A stretch of 63,823 bases of DNA, counting the filler, from Phoronis australis (Eukaryota; Animalia; Phoronida), in NCBI GenBank assembly GCA_002633005.1. It is 8 parts of 8 records of this genome, joined end to end, with 100 filler letters (N's around TTAATTAATTAA, not from the genome) between each part and the next. Parts side by side here need not be neighbours in the genome. Positions count along the whole stretch, not along the records: positions 23,286 to 31,210 come from NMRA01001370.1; positions 31,311 to 33,728 come from NMRA01003678.1; positions 33,829 to 40,064 come from NMRA01002196.1; 5 more parts are not named here. One strand, written 5' to 3'. Shown here in pieces: positions 24,972 to 37,755 of the stretch; position 1 is the stretch's first letter; every line of letters begins with the position of its first letter. The position numbers were made by a program, and so were the translations under genes. The notes beneath the pieces are model-generated. The model searched no databases, was not told where the DNA came from, and worked only from the letters and a program-made list of their open reading frames with translations.

Positions 24972-27900
24972 TAAATGAACCGAAAACACATAAAAATAAA
25001 TGAACCAATAAAACACGAGTTAAGGACAAAAAACTTGGCAAATGGTATAAATCAAATGAAACTATGAAATGTATAAAATTCATGGACTAATGTAATCGGA
25101 AACTTTAATGAATGTGTAAAATATCACAAGGCCTATATGGTGTGACGAAGCAAAATAAATTTGAAAAATGAGAGGGTAACACATAAAGACATGTGTATGC
25201 TCGTATAAACCATTTGAAAAAAGCATGAACCCTTAAAATGTTACATCTAAATAAACTGGTTGAGTGTGACGAATAAAATGGGAGAAGTAATTGAATCCAC
25301 AGAATGTGAGATTTTATGAGTGAACGAAATATGAATCAGTGAAGTGCAACACAAAGAAACCTGTGGTGGCCCAGATTAAACACAACTGATGAATCCTTAA
25401 AATGGTATGACTAAATGAAGCCGTTAAGAGCAATGAAAGAAAATGTGATGCCAGTCATCAACTGCCTTACATTGAAGATCATCCACGCATCAAGAATAGT
25501 TATTTGCCACCCACTTCCTAATTGTTTGCTCATCAATGGTGGCTGGTGGATATCAAGCACTGCATGCTTTAAGGATTGCCATCTTGTCTCTAAACATTGG
25601 TTGTCTGCATCTCATTGTATTGCATTGGCAATTTGCATTGAGGAATGTCACTTGAAGGAGCAAGCATTAACAGCATCGCCCATCCACCCATACACCTGGT
25701 GTACATTGATGCATGCTGTCAATCGTATATATGTTTACCACTCACACATGTAGGTCAATACTAAACAACATGGTGGATTGCCTTTTTGCAAATCCACTTT
25801 CAAATGGTTGCCTAACCATCGATTGTTCGCGTATCGGCTGTCTAACCAACAATGACTATCCAACGTGGAGATTCACTACCTTCTGCACTGTGCCCGCTAT
25901 TACACAGATGCCTAATATAAACCACAAATGTAACAAACGAGACATGAACGCATCGGAGAAGTCCAGGATCGGTGTTCAGAAGTGTTCTGTATGTGCATCG
26001 AGTGAATGAAGCTAAAATTTCATGAATTTATGAATCTCCAAAATGAGTTGAATGAGCAGTAATCAATAACCATCATTCAGTTGTGGTAATTTGGGGAGAC
26101 AAGTAGAGTTTACAGTTATTTTATGCTACATCAAATGGTGGCTCTTTTCTTCAGTTACTGTCAAATTACAGAATTCATTGTTATCACTTACAAGTAATAT
26201 TGTTTGTTGCATGTGTGAGATAAGCAGCTTGTGCTTCTTTGTTGAATTGTGCCAGAAAAAATTGTATAACAAGCTGATGCAACAAAACAGGAACTTAGCA
26301 CTACTTTTCAGAGTGATCTTAATACATCCAAAGAATGTAATTTTGAGCGAAGTAATGGATTACGAACTGCATCAAGTTAATGGAGTCACGTAAAATAGAC
26401 TAATTGAATGAATCTGTAGAATGTCATCAAATGAGCAGAAGAATAAATGACCTATAAAACACTAACAGAAATCAACTCACACAATTTTAATGAGTATGCA
26501 TCTGATAAATAAAGACGCATTGATTTCGAGTGGTAAAGAATCCGTAAAATGCAGCGAATGAATAGAGTTTTGAAGTACAACAAGTGAATGAAAATGAAAT
26601 TCTATGAATTACTGAGTCTTCAAGTGCAGTAACAAATTGATCCCTGTGTAAAATGTACCTAAAATCAAAGGATTTATAAAAAGATGAAAGTGGAAGCTGA
26701 GAATGTTATAGCTGGAGTCGTGATATGCAATGAATTGAAACCATTAAAATGAGGAATAATTGCTTTAAGCAAGCCAAGGATTTTTAGTTCAGGATTCGTT
26801 GAAGAGAGCCTTAAATGGTACAACACTGTTCCCTGAATTGAAAACCCCCTAAAAATATCACAATCAACGAGCTGGTGTAGCATAATGACTGAACGTATAC
26901 ATTACGAGGAAGTAAAATGGTAAATATCAGTGAACCTAAAAACTGCAGTAAACAATGGACCCATGAAATACGAGTTAATAGAAAAGCAGTATGTGAGGTT
27001 TACAAAGTCCCATTGTGGTACTCGTTCAAGAAACATCACAAACACCAAAGGTTAATGGAGATCATGTGTAAATTCTGAAAATTGAATGAGCCCATTAAAA
27101 AGGCTAAATGCAGCCAAAGATATGTATTGATGACTTGATTTGTGTACCCCAGTGCTTATAAGAGTGATTTTAATACCCCCAAAGATTGCAGTGAAATTAA
27201 AATGGAGTAATTTATCACAAGTTGAACAAATAAGTGCATAGAATTTGTGGAGTCCTGAAAAATGGGACAATAGAATGAGTCTGTAGAATGTCATTTAATG
27301 AACTTCAAAATAAAAGACCGGTAAAATACTAACAATAAGTGAATTGTCGAAGTTTGATGGATTGATGATCTTTCATGCAATGAAGTGGTTAGAATACTCA
27401 TGAAATGCATCACATAAATTTGGTTTTGAAGTACAGCAAGTAAATGAGATTGTGAAATTCAATGAATTCATGAATCTTTAAGTGCAGTAACAAATTGATC
27501 CCTGTGTAAAATGTACCTATCAAAGGATTTATACAATGATGAAAGTGGAAGATGAGAATGTAATAGCTGGAGCCATGAAATGCGATGAATTGAAACCGTT
27601 GAAATGAGGAATAATTGCTTTAAGCAAACCAAGGAATTCAGGGTTCGTTGAAGAGAACATTAATGGTACAAAAATGTTCCCCGAATTAAAAATCGCCTAA
27701 AGATATTGCAATCAACAAGCTGGTGTAGCATAATGACAGAACGTATACATTGCGAGGAAGCAAAATGGTAAATATCAGTGAACCTTAAAACTGCAGTAAA
27801 CAATGGACCCATGAAATACGAGTTAATAGAAAAGCAGTATGTGAGGTTTACAAAGTCCCATTGTGGTACTCGTTCAAGAAACATCACAAATACCAAAGGT

Positions 27901-30900
27901 TAATGGAGATCATGTGGAAATTCTGAAAATTGAATGAGCCCATTAATAAGGCTAAATGCAACCAAAGATATGTAGCTTGAGCCTCTCAAAGGGGTGACTT
28001 GACTTGTGCACATCCTTGGTTATCAGAATGACTGGAAATTTGAATGGTAAAATGCATCATATTGAAGAAATAGTGTATCAAATTAATGGAGTCCCAGGAA
28101 GTATAGCAATAATATCTGGAGAAATGGTGTATCTCCAAAATACCACAAATCAACAATAAAATGCTATAAATAAGTTAACCCGTAAAATGCAAAAACCAAA
28201 GGCCCTATGAAGTATCATGAGTTAATGTCAGGGTACTCATAGTCTTACAGTGCTGCTAATCAATTGTGTCCCGCATATGCAAAAGGTTAATGGAAATAAT
28301 ATAAGGGACAACTGACTGTACCCATCAAATGCAAGGAGATATTGAATTCTGGAGTGAACAAGTTCATGAAAAGTTATGTGTTAATAGAGCTGGAATATGT
28401 TAACCAGAAAGGAAACGTACAAAGGGTTAGAAAATTGAAATGAAAAATGCATTAAATTAACAGAGATTTAAAGATTTGCTAAACAAGTGGAAAAGGAAGG
28501 TAGGGATGGTGAATGAGCAGGAGACAAATTCTATAGGTGGCTGACTGAATTCATTCACCATCCTGAGGCAAAGGGCAATGCAATATTTTTTCTTTTTTAA
28601 TACTCATTCACTACAGGGAGAACTGACCTGCTAGAATTTTCTTGGGTTTACAATTAATTTAAGCTGCACCAAGTGGTGGAACCTTTTTCACAAATTCTAA
28701 AATTATGGAAGTCATTGTTATCACTGACAATTAACGTTGTGTCTCCAATATGTGAGGAAAGCAACTTGTTTTTTTGTTGAATTGTGCCAAACGCCATTGA
28801 CTGAACAACAAAATGGGTGACTTGATTTGTGTATCCCACTGCTGTTAGTGTGATTTTAATACCCTCTGAAAGATTGCAGTGAAATAAGAATGGAGTAATT
28901 TATCACAAAATGAACAAATAAGTGCATGGAATTAGTGGTGTCCTGTCAAATGGGACAATAGAATGAGTCTGTAGATTGTCATTTACTGAACTTCAAAATA
29001 AAAGACCGGTAAAATACTAACAATAAGTGAATTCTCGAAGTTTGATGGATTGATGATCTTTCATGCAATGAAGTGGTTAGAAAACCCATGAAATGCATCA
29101 CAGAAATTTGGTTTTAAAGTATGGCAAATAAATGAAATTGTGAAATTGAATTAACACAGCAATAAATAAATCCCTGTGTAAAACACTGCTATCAAAGGAA
29201 TCTTTATATAATGTAATTGGAAAGCACAAATGTTATGACTTGGAGTCGTGAAATGTGATGAATTGACAAATTATTGAAAGGTGATGAGTTATTGCTCTTG
29301 TGAAAGCCAATGCATTTTAGTTTTAATACTTAAAAGGATTCACGGAACAGAATAAATTAATGGTTCAGTAATATCTGATGAACTAATAAGCCCCTTAAAT
29401 ATCGGAATAAAAAAACTGGTGTACCATAACGACAGAACTCGTAAAGTAAATATTTCCATGGAGTCGGAGGGACCAAAAGGCAAAAAATAAGTGAAGCTAT
29501 GAAATGCAAAAATACCGTATCCATGAAATATGACTTAATTATGAAACGTGGTACTAGTTCAAGAGATCATGTTGTCTGGGCAGCACAAAGAAGTGATTTG
29601 ATTTGTGTACACCATGGATTATCAGAATGCTATTCACACCCCCAAAGAATGTAGAAATATTAGAATGGTAGACTGCATCATGCATTGAAGAAAACAATTC
29701 ATCAAATTTCTGGAGCCCTGTGCAATTAAAAGCGTCATGAAAGTTGGCGAATTAAAAAATTTGTAATTTGTATTCTGTCATTGATAAAGAAAATCAATGG
29801 CTAGTGAATGAACTTGCAAAATTTGTTTGAATTAATGAATCTTCAAAATATGTTAAAAGAATAAATCTATCAGCAGTAATCGAATAATCCATGTGTAGAA
29901 TGCAACTTCAAGGGAATGTATACATTTATTTAGAATGTTATAACTGGAGTCATGAAATGTGGTGAATTAACAAACCATGTAAAGGTTAAAACTTATTGCT
30001 TCTGTGAAAAGCAATGGACTGATGCAACAGAGCAAAATTACAAGGTAAAATAATATGTGATGAAATAATGAATAAAAAAATCAATAATAAAACGCGTGTA
30101 GAGTGATGACAGAACCTGCAAAATAAACAAAGGCATTTATTGCAAAGAAAAATTCTAAAAATAAATGAGCCTATAAAACAAGAAAACCAATGAACCCTTG
30201 AAGTATTATGGTTATCAGAGTCCTACAGTGATGTTTTTCAAACGTGTCACGCAAATGGTCAATGGAAAAAAGAATAGGGACAACTATGGAATCCATCAAA
30301 TGCATAAAATTATTGAATTCTGAAATTTTCTGGAATCAACAACTTCATGAGAATACGTTACAAAGCAAGGAAATTAAAATGGAAAGGGTAGTAAATAAAG
30401 ATATGACAATTTGTTTAACAACAGGGGACAACAAATTGAATAGCTGGCTGAATTTAATTTCAGCCCAAGTGAACATGTTGATCAAACATGGTTACTAAAA
30501 CCTTAGCTTTCTTTACTATAGTGGTATTAATTCAAGAGATCATGTTGTCTGGGCAGCACAAAGAAGTGATTTGATTTGTGTACACCATGGATTATCACAA
30601 TGCTATTCACACCCCCAAAGAATGTAGAAATATTTGAATGGTAGACTGCATCATGCATTGAAGAAAACAATTCATCAAATTTCTGGAGCCCTGTGCAATT
30701 GAATGCGTTATGAAATAAACAGAGAAATAAATAAGCTGTAAAATGTAAAAAAGAAGTATTATGGTTATCAGAGTCCTACAGTGATGTTTTTCAAACGTGT
30801 CACGCAAATGGTCAATGGAAAAAAGAATAGGGACAACTGATGGAATCCATCAAATGCATAAAATTATTGAATTCTGAAATTTTCTGGAATGAACAAGTTC

Positions 30901-31714
30901 ATGAGAATACGTTACAAAGCAAGGAAATTAAAATGGAAAGGGTAATAAATAAACAGAGATATGGCAATTTGTTTAACAAGTGAAAAAGGAAGGTAGGGAT
31001 GGTGAATGAACAGGGGACAACAAATTGAATAGCTGGCTGAATTTACTTTCAGCCCAAGTGAACATGTTGATCAAACATGATTACTAAAACCATAGCCTTC
31101 TTTACTATAGTATTCTTTAAAGTGACAGTCCTAGCTCTGGCTAAAACTGAAATTCATTCACCATCCTGAGGCATAAGGGCAACGCAGCATTTTTTCTTTT
31201 TCAATGTTCANNNNNNNNNNNNNNNNNNNNNNNNNNNNNNNNNNNNNNNNNNNNTTAATTAATTAANNNNNNNNNNNNNNNNNNNNNNNNNNNNNNNNNN
31301 NNNNNNNNNNCACCACACTGGAGTCTTTCTGCTGCTGCAGCTGGAGCCTGCAACAATGAATGGTCAATGTGCTCAGTTCAGGTCACTTATTGACAGGTGC
31401 ACGCAGATTAGTGTCATTATGGACAGTACATGTTAAAGATACCTCTATCAGTGTCATTAAGTCATCAGCTTTCAGAACTGCATTGCTCATCCAGGTCCTA
31501 CTTCAATACTTAATAAACTTGATAACAGCCTTATTCAGCTTACTGCACAAGTCAAAGGAAAACAGTCAAAATGACCTGTTGTTCTGCATCATGACGACTG
31601 AGCTCAAACAGTACTCCCACACTATGACAATAGTGCGTAAGTGGATTGACTGTCATAGTAACTGTCCATAATTCAAACCAAGTGGAAAGGCCATCTACTA
31701 TTCCTACAGCTCAG

Positions 31715-33211
31715 GGCCCGGTCTCCAATCTCCGTACTCAGACTCGAATCATGCTCAAACTCACACTTCATACTCAACTCGAGTACAGACTCAGCTTTGG
31801 TGTATTCAATGTCATACTCGAAAAACCTGTACTCGAAATTTCGAGCACGTACTCAATTTTCGAGTATACTCGAAGCGAAGTGTATTTCATCCATATTTCG
31901 AGTACGATTTTGAGTAAAAATTCTGAGTATATGCTCTAAATTTCAAGNNNNNNNNNNNNNNNNNNNNNNNNNNNNNNNNNNNNNNNNNNNNNNNNNNNNN
32001 NNNNNNNNNNNNNNNNNNNNNNNNNNNNNNNNNNNNNNNNNNNNNNNNNNNNNNNNNNNNNNNNNNNNNNNNNNNNNNNNNNNNNNNNNNNNNNNNNNNN
32101 NNNNNNNNNNNNNNNNNNNNNNNNNNNNNNNNNNNNNNNNNNNNNNNNNNNNNNNNNNNNNNNNNNNNNNNNNNNNNNNNNNNNNNNNNNNNNNNNNNNN
32201 NNNNNNNNNNNNNNNNNNNNNNNNNNNNNNNNNNNNNNNNNNNNNNNNNNNNNNNNNNNNNNNNNNNNNNNNNNNNNNNNNNNNNNNNNNNNNNNNNNNN
32301 NNNNNNNNNNNNNNNNNNNNNNNNNNNNNNNNNNNNNNNNNNNNNNNNNNNNNNNNNNNNNNNNNNNNNNNNNNNNNNNNNNNNNNNNNNNNNNNNNNNN
32401 NNNNNNNNNNNNNNNNNNNNNNNNNNNNNNNNNNNNNNNNNNNNNNNNNNNNNNNNNNNNNNNNNNNNNNNNNNNNNNNNNNNNNNNNNNNNNNNNNNNN
32501 NNNNNNNNNNNNNNNNNNNNNNNNNNNNNNNNNNNNNNNNNNNNNNNNNNNNNNNNNNNNNNNNNNNNNNNNNNNNNNNNNNNNNNNNNNNNNNNNNNNN
32601 NNNNNNNNNNNNNNNNNNNNNNNNNNNNNNNNNNNNNNNNNNNNNNNNNNNNNNNNNNNNNNNNNNNNNNNNNNNNNNNNNNNNNNNNNNNNNNNNNNNN
32701 NNNNNNNNNNNNNNNNNNNNNNNNNNNNNNNNNAATTAGCAACAGAGATGTAATGTGATAAGCTGTTACATATTTCTTAAGACATTTTCGGGACTGGGTG
32801 AGGAACTCAAGACGTAAAGCTTAATAATTTGCCAAGTGTATCAAAGAAATGGCATAAGAATATTTATTGAAACTAAAAAATGAATAACAGTTACAGAACA
32901 CTCAAAATTCCACGTTATAGACATACTCTTGTAGTTGTAGCGACAGCAGACGATAATGTAGGCCTAGTTCTTGGGGTGGTCTATTCCAATAGGAAGCGAT
33001 GAATCAGCGCGGCTTTGCGTGATTTTGCATTTCACATCATAAAGAGTTCCATAGCAACTCGAGTATGAGTGTCAGATTTGAGTACGTTTGGAGTCTACTC
33101 GAAATCCGACATTAGATACGCTTTTTTGAGTACGACTCCAGTGAGCACGATTTTGAGTATGAAATCTCGAGTATGAGTATGAGTCTGAGTACGGAGATTG
33201 GAGACCGGGCC
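31715..33211. mobile_element. PIF/Harbinger-type non-autonomous element spanning a scaffold gap
   Basis: 31-bp perfect TIR GGCCCGGTCTCCAATCTCCGTACTCAGACTC, CAG target duplication (31712-14, 33212-14), subterminal ACTCGA/TCGAGT repeats. Confidence 0.8.
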
Positions 33212-34118
33212 CAGGTCTATTGAACCGTAAACAAAACTCATGATATTATTAAAAGTTGCACCGCACAAAAAAACACTGATGACCATTAGTTTCCAAAATT
33301 GTTGACATTGTCCGAATCTATGAATAAAATATAACTGATGGATGTTCCATTGTTCACGACACCAGCACGCCAACCAAGGTCTACAATGTCACGTAAAAAG
33401 CAGAAACGAAAATTACAATTTTCAAAAATCTCCATGTTCCAGATTGTCAATCACACAGGTCTCAATTTTGCATGAACATGTGATGTAGCAGGACTGTGTA
33501 CTGTTATACATAGTTTACATACTGTCAGAAAACCTATACTAACTGCTTTAAAATCTGGTTTTGAGATTATGGCTAAATACACAGGCTACAAGATAAAGTC
33601 CTACATAACCATAAGACATTGATCGACATGACCCAACTCACCATTTGGCCAATAGCAATGACCTTCCTGAGCCGGCGCCCCCTGATAGCAGTATGGGAGG
33701 TAGCGGTCCTGGGGCGGATACATGATAANNNNNNNNNNNNNNNNNNNNNNNNNNNNNNNNNNNNNNNNNNNNTTAATTAATTAANNNNNNNNNNNNNNNN
33801 NNNNNNNNNNNNNNNNNNNNNNNNNNNNTTCTTAGTTTTGTTGTACTGCGTGATTGATAGAAAGATCTATGGTTGCTGTTTGCACGAATAGTTGTGTTGC
33901 TGTTATTTTTGTTTTGGTTGTTGTTATTGACGTTGTTGTTGTTATAACTGAACAAAAATTTTTGCGATAATCAAAACTGTGTGGCTTTCAACCAACAAAC
34001 TGAGAAACTTCTTTGAAAGTTCTGCATCAAAAGCGGGAAAATTTCCGTACTCGCAATCATGGAAGCAGAGTATTTAGAATTTTTCTCCAAATGCATCAAA
34101 ATATGTAATATATTTCAG

Positions 34119-34312
34119 CCGGTACTTACACGAATACACATCTGGCCTTGGCGAACGCACGTGAAATGCTTCGAGAACTGCAACGACCCAAGGTGCAACA
34201 CTTGGTCATATTGATGACAGATGGCGTTTCAGCCAAACCCAAGTTGACCGCAATGGAAGCTTCGCTGCTTCATAACGCGGACATAACAGTCTATGCCATA
34301 GGAATTGGTAGA
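34119..34312 (+). CDS. Exon of a multi-VWA-domain ECM protein (collagen VI/matrilin-like); C-terminal half of VWA domain 1
   Basis: TTTCAG acceptor; GTYTNTHLAL...HLVILMTDGVS...ITVYAIGIGR carries VWA motifs T.T..AL, ILMTDG.S and VYAIGIG; GTGAGT donor. Confidence 0.85.
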
Positions 34313-34636
34313 GTGAGTGTAATGGGAACGAAAATCAGATGTCTTCTCTATCACGTTTTTAATCCACAATTTTATTTACTCTGTGCACGCGTATTGAATG
34401 ATGCGTTATAGTGCTGCTAAATAAGAGGCTGGTCCATGGGAATTGATGGGCCAATTCATTTAGTGTGGACACGTTTTACTGAACAAGTCATGGTTTTTAA
34501 AAATTTATTGAAGAGTGTGATGTATTGGCCTTCACTTTCCTAAATGGAAGTTTTACACTTGTCCTTGTAAGCTCTGAACATGACACTATCTTCAAAATAA
34601 GTTGTTCTTTTAACCCTTTTTTTCTATTACCAACAG

Positions 34637-34781
34637 GATAAGATAAACATGCATGAAATCAATATGATAGCCAGTGACCCGGATTCGTCTCACGCGTATG
34701 TCGCCGATAACTTTGGTGAGCTAGGTGACAAGCTAAAGGATCAATTGCTGGCGTCCACGTGTCCGACTGTACCACCACCAG
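34637..34781 (+). CDS. Next exon of the VWA protein (end of VWA domain and Pro-rich linker)
   Basis: Polypyrimidine tract + CAG; DKINMHEINMIASDPDSSHAYVADNFGELGDKLKDQLLASTCPTVPPP; GTAAG donor; phase 0 matches the previous exon. Not in the supplied ORF track. Confidence 0.85.
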
Positions 34782-35761
34782 GTAAGGAACCAGTGTCCAG
34801 AGTCTAAGATCAAAAGCACAGTTGGTTCTATAGTCCACGTTTCTATGAAAATCGAGTTGGTGTTGCGGTATTTTTAGGTGCTCGCTATTTCTGATAAGAA
34901 AATTCAACCGAGACGAGCAAAAGTGATGCGGGATTTGTGTAGTTTTTTATTCGAGAGAGCTTGGTAAATCACGGCATTTCTAACTTGCTTACCTTTGCTT
35001 ACGTGCTTTTGTATATATTTTCAACAACAAAAAGCATGACATCAAGTTGTCTGAAATTGTTCTGAGCAGGTGTTTTTAGTGTGTAGCGGCGTATAGGTCT
35101 AAAGTGAGTCGAGTAGGCCTACAAACCAGAACCACTGGCGGCTTTTTTGGCTTAATCTTTAATGGTATTCGAAATCGAGCAAACTCAAGATGTCTATTGA
35201 GCTGGAGCACACTTTGGTTTAAGCAGATGACAATCTAATCCTAGCTTGCACTTTATGACCCAGCATTCACGCTAATTAAGTTCGAGTGTAAAGTCGAGTT
35301 TGTATCTCTCAATCTAGGGGTCAACAAGTGCAAACTCGTACCAGACCCTCGTCAGCAAAAGCCAAATGTGGGTTGAATTTTCTCATTCAAAGATGGGATG
35401 TAATTGAACTTTAGAGCTGACAATCATTCTTATAGCATCATACATACATACATGGTTATGCTATTTTTGTTTTGACATCACCTGTTATAAGCTAAAGTCT
35501 TTCCAGTCGTTCATAAATGTGGCCTCTCGTGGGGGTATGTTGGCAGTGTTGAGAAACAAATGTTCAGTGATACGTGTTATGTGCTATCTGAACCCGTTGT
35601 TCCCTTTTCCTGTTGGCAAAATCAACGCTCTCCCAAATGAGGCTGACACTGGTTGTGGTTATGCAACGCATGAGGTCTGCGTCTGACCAATGAGCCTCGC
35701 ACTGAAAATTTGAAAATTGTGTTCAGCCAACCTAAGGTACATATATTTATCGTGACGTCAT

Positions 35762-35926
35762 ATCATCACCATTATCATCAGCAGCAGCAACATCACCATT
35801 ACCACCACCACGATCATCACCATCGTCATCACCATCGTCATCATCATCACCATCGTCATCATCACCATCGTCATCATCACCATCGTCATCATCATCATCA
35901 TCATCATCACCATCACCACCACCACC

Positions 35927-35958
<32 letters not shown>

Positions 35959-36011
35959 CATCATCACCATCATCATAATAAAGATCACCATAACCATCAT
36001 CGTCATTATCA
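35762..36011 (+). repeat. Intronic (CAT/CAC)n trinucleotide microsatellite
   Basis: ~250 bp of CAT/CAC/CGT repeats between two VWA exons. Confidence 0.93.
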
Positions 36012-36155
36012 TTGCAAACCATCTCTCCGATTTGGCGTGTCTTATCACTTTTTACCAAGCTGCTAAATCTTTGGTTCTACAAATTAACTTAAATCTCGGC
36101 GAAAGGACATCAAATTTTTAAAAATCAAAAGAACCCTTAATGTTCGCTCACACAG

Positions 36156-36295
36156 GTTGTGAAGACGATAAGGTCGACCTGGCGTTTGTCATGGGGTCAA
36201 TTAACCAGAATCCTGACGGAGCCCGGAAGGCGATGGAGTTGGTTAAAAACATTGTTAATTCCAAGAAGATAATTGTTGGACTGAACGACGTTCAG
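36156..36295 (+). CDS. Exon starting a second VWA domain
   Basis: CACAG acceptor, phase 1 matching the previous donor; GCEDDKVDLAFVMGSINQNPDGARKAMELVKNIVNSKKIIVGLNDVQ; CAG|GTGCG donor. Confidence 0.78.
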
Positions 36296-37066
36296 GTGCG
36301 TGTGCGTGTGTTCCATCATAAGGGACTTGTTTTACATAATCACTAACTGCTCATTTATTTGGAGATCAAATTTTTCATGCGGTCTAAATTGTGGGTTTCA
36401 TGTCGTACTCGCACAAAAAAGAATATTGCAGTGGACTTCGAGTGCACGTGCTGTTTTCCGGTCAGTATCGTTTACACGCCTCCAAGTTATGTACGATGTC
36501 ACGGGATGATAACGAGCTGACATCCGTTATACTGTGCATTTGAAAAACGACATCAATGCCGTTAAGTGAGTAAGTTTTGTCGTGGGCGAAATCTTCCTGA
36601 ATGAACTGTACCTCAGCAGATGTGCCCCAACCCTCCTCGGCCCATACGTTGGGTAATAATCACTTACGGGGTTTCGTTTTTAAAAAGGTCTCGTCTCCAT
36701 AATACAATAGCATGTATACACGAAATGCATTCCCAGTTCTGAAAATGATGAACTCGGTGATTCCCTAGAGTCACATTTTTCTCAAAATATGAAGATTGGT
36801 ATGTTGGCCGCATTTGACCTCAAATGCGACGTTTCCTCAGGGATAACGTGTATGTAAAAACGGACAACGAAATTGTAAAAAGTCAGAGGATGGCTTGGCA
36901 TGCTGTATTCACATGTCCTGCAATGTGTGGTCGTCTGCTTGAGCTTACGATATGTTCGTCAGGGCTTGTCTTGAGTTTGTATTTAAAGCAGGACGGAAAT
37001 TGGCAAACGTAATTTCGAATTCGATTTCATGTACGGCAAAGATTAGATATGAAACAGGACATGAAC

Positions 37067-37282
37067 CAGGGGCGGAACCAGGATTTTGAGTGAGGGGGGC
37101 CAGGGCACAGGAATAACCAGAATTTCTCCTCATGCGCGCGCCCAGCTTAAAGTGTAGGGATGTAGCGGGTCTCGAATATTTGGGTTTGTGGACCTTATTA
37201 CTAAAAAACGGGGTTTGTTCAAGGCCTATGCATTGTGCATTCGCCTCCTCGAGCCCCCCTNCCCCCCGTAAATCCGTCACTG
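37067..37282. mobile_element. Short non-autonomous DNA element with CAGGGGCGGA...TCCGTCACTG termini
   Basis: Imperfect 10-bp TIR with G/C runs inside; termini resemble those at 51508 and 61412-61740. Confidence 0.6.
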
Positions 37283-37755
37283 TGACAAGGCAGGCATACA
37301 TTACACATCATGTTGCTCAGCGACCGACGCATCTTTTGCTACTTGTAAAATGTAACCTGACTAACATTTTCTCGGCCACAAATTTGTCTACGGAAAATCG
37401 CGTTTTCTTCCGACATGGGTACACATTATGACAACCATTTCTTGTGATGATGCGTTTTCCTGCGGATACATTTTGTACTCGAGATGACGTGTTTACGGGG
37501 ACAGTTTTGGTTGTAAGGCCAACTTTGTTGCCGAATTTCTCCACAAGATTTCATGTTTTGATAAAAAATGTGTGACTGATCATCATTCTTAGAGCTGAGA
37601 AACACATACGTCACGTATTCATTCTATTGTATTATAGAAGCGTGACCTTTTTCAGACGAACTGTAAGTGACTATTTACGTTTTGCCCACGAGTATGAACC
37701 TCCTTGTCAAGCCTCATCATCTTAGAAATGCAAAATGGTAAATCGTTAAAGCGGC

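Larger units (their letters stand above)
23286..31210 (+). repeat. Complex, strand-asymmetric (A/purine-rich) hierarchical satellite-like region
   Basis: Internal duplications at different offsets: 26622/27481, 27131/28818, 29547/30521, 30201/30754, 28485/30978, 26160/28690, 23452/24001. No credible ORF. Confidence 0.8.

Noticed and set aside
31936-32742. Long ORFs made of X (also 50953-51372)
   Set aside because: Artefacts of translating N gaps.
35710-36066. Poly-His, poly-Asp and poly-Met ORFs
   Set aside because: Translations of an intronic (CAT)n microsatellite; the flanking VWA exons splice in frame without it.
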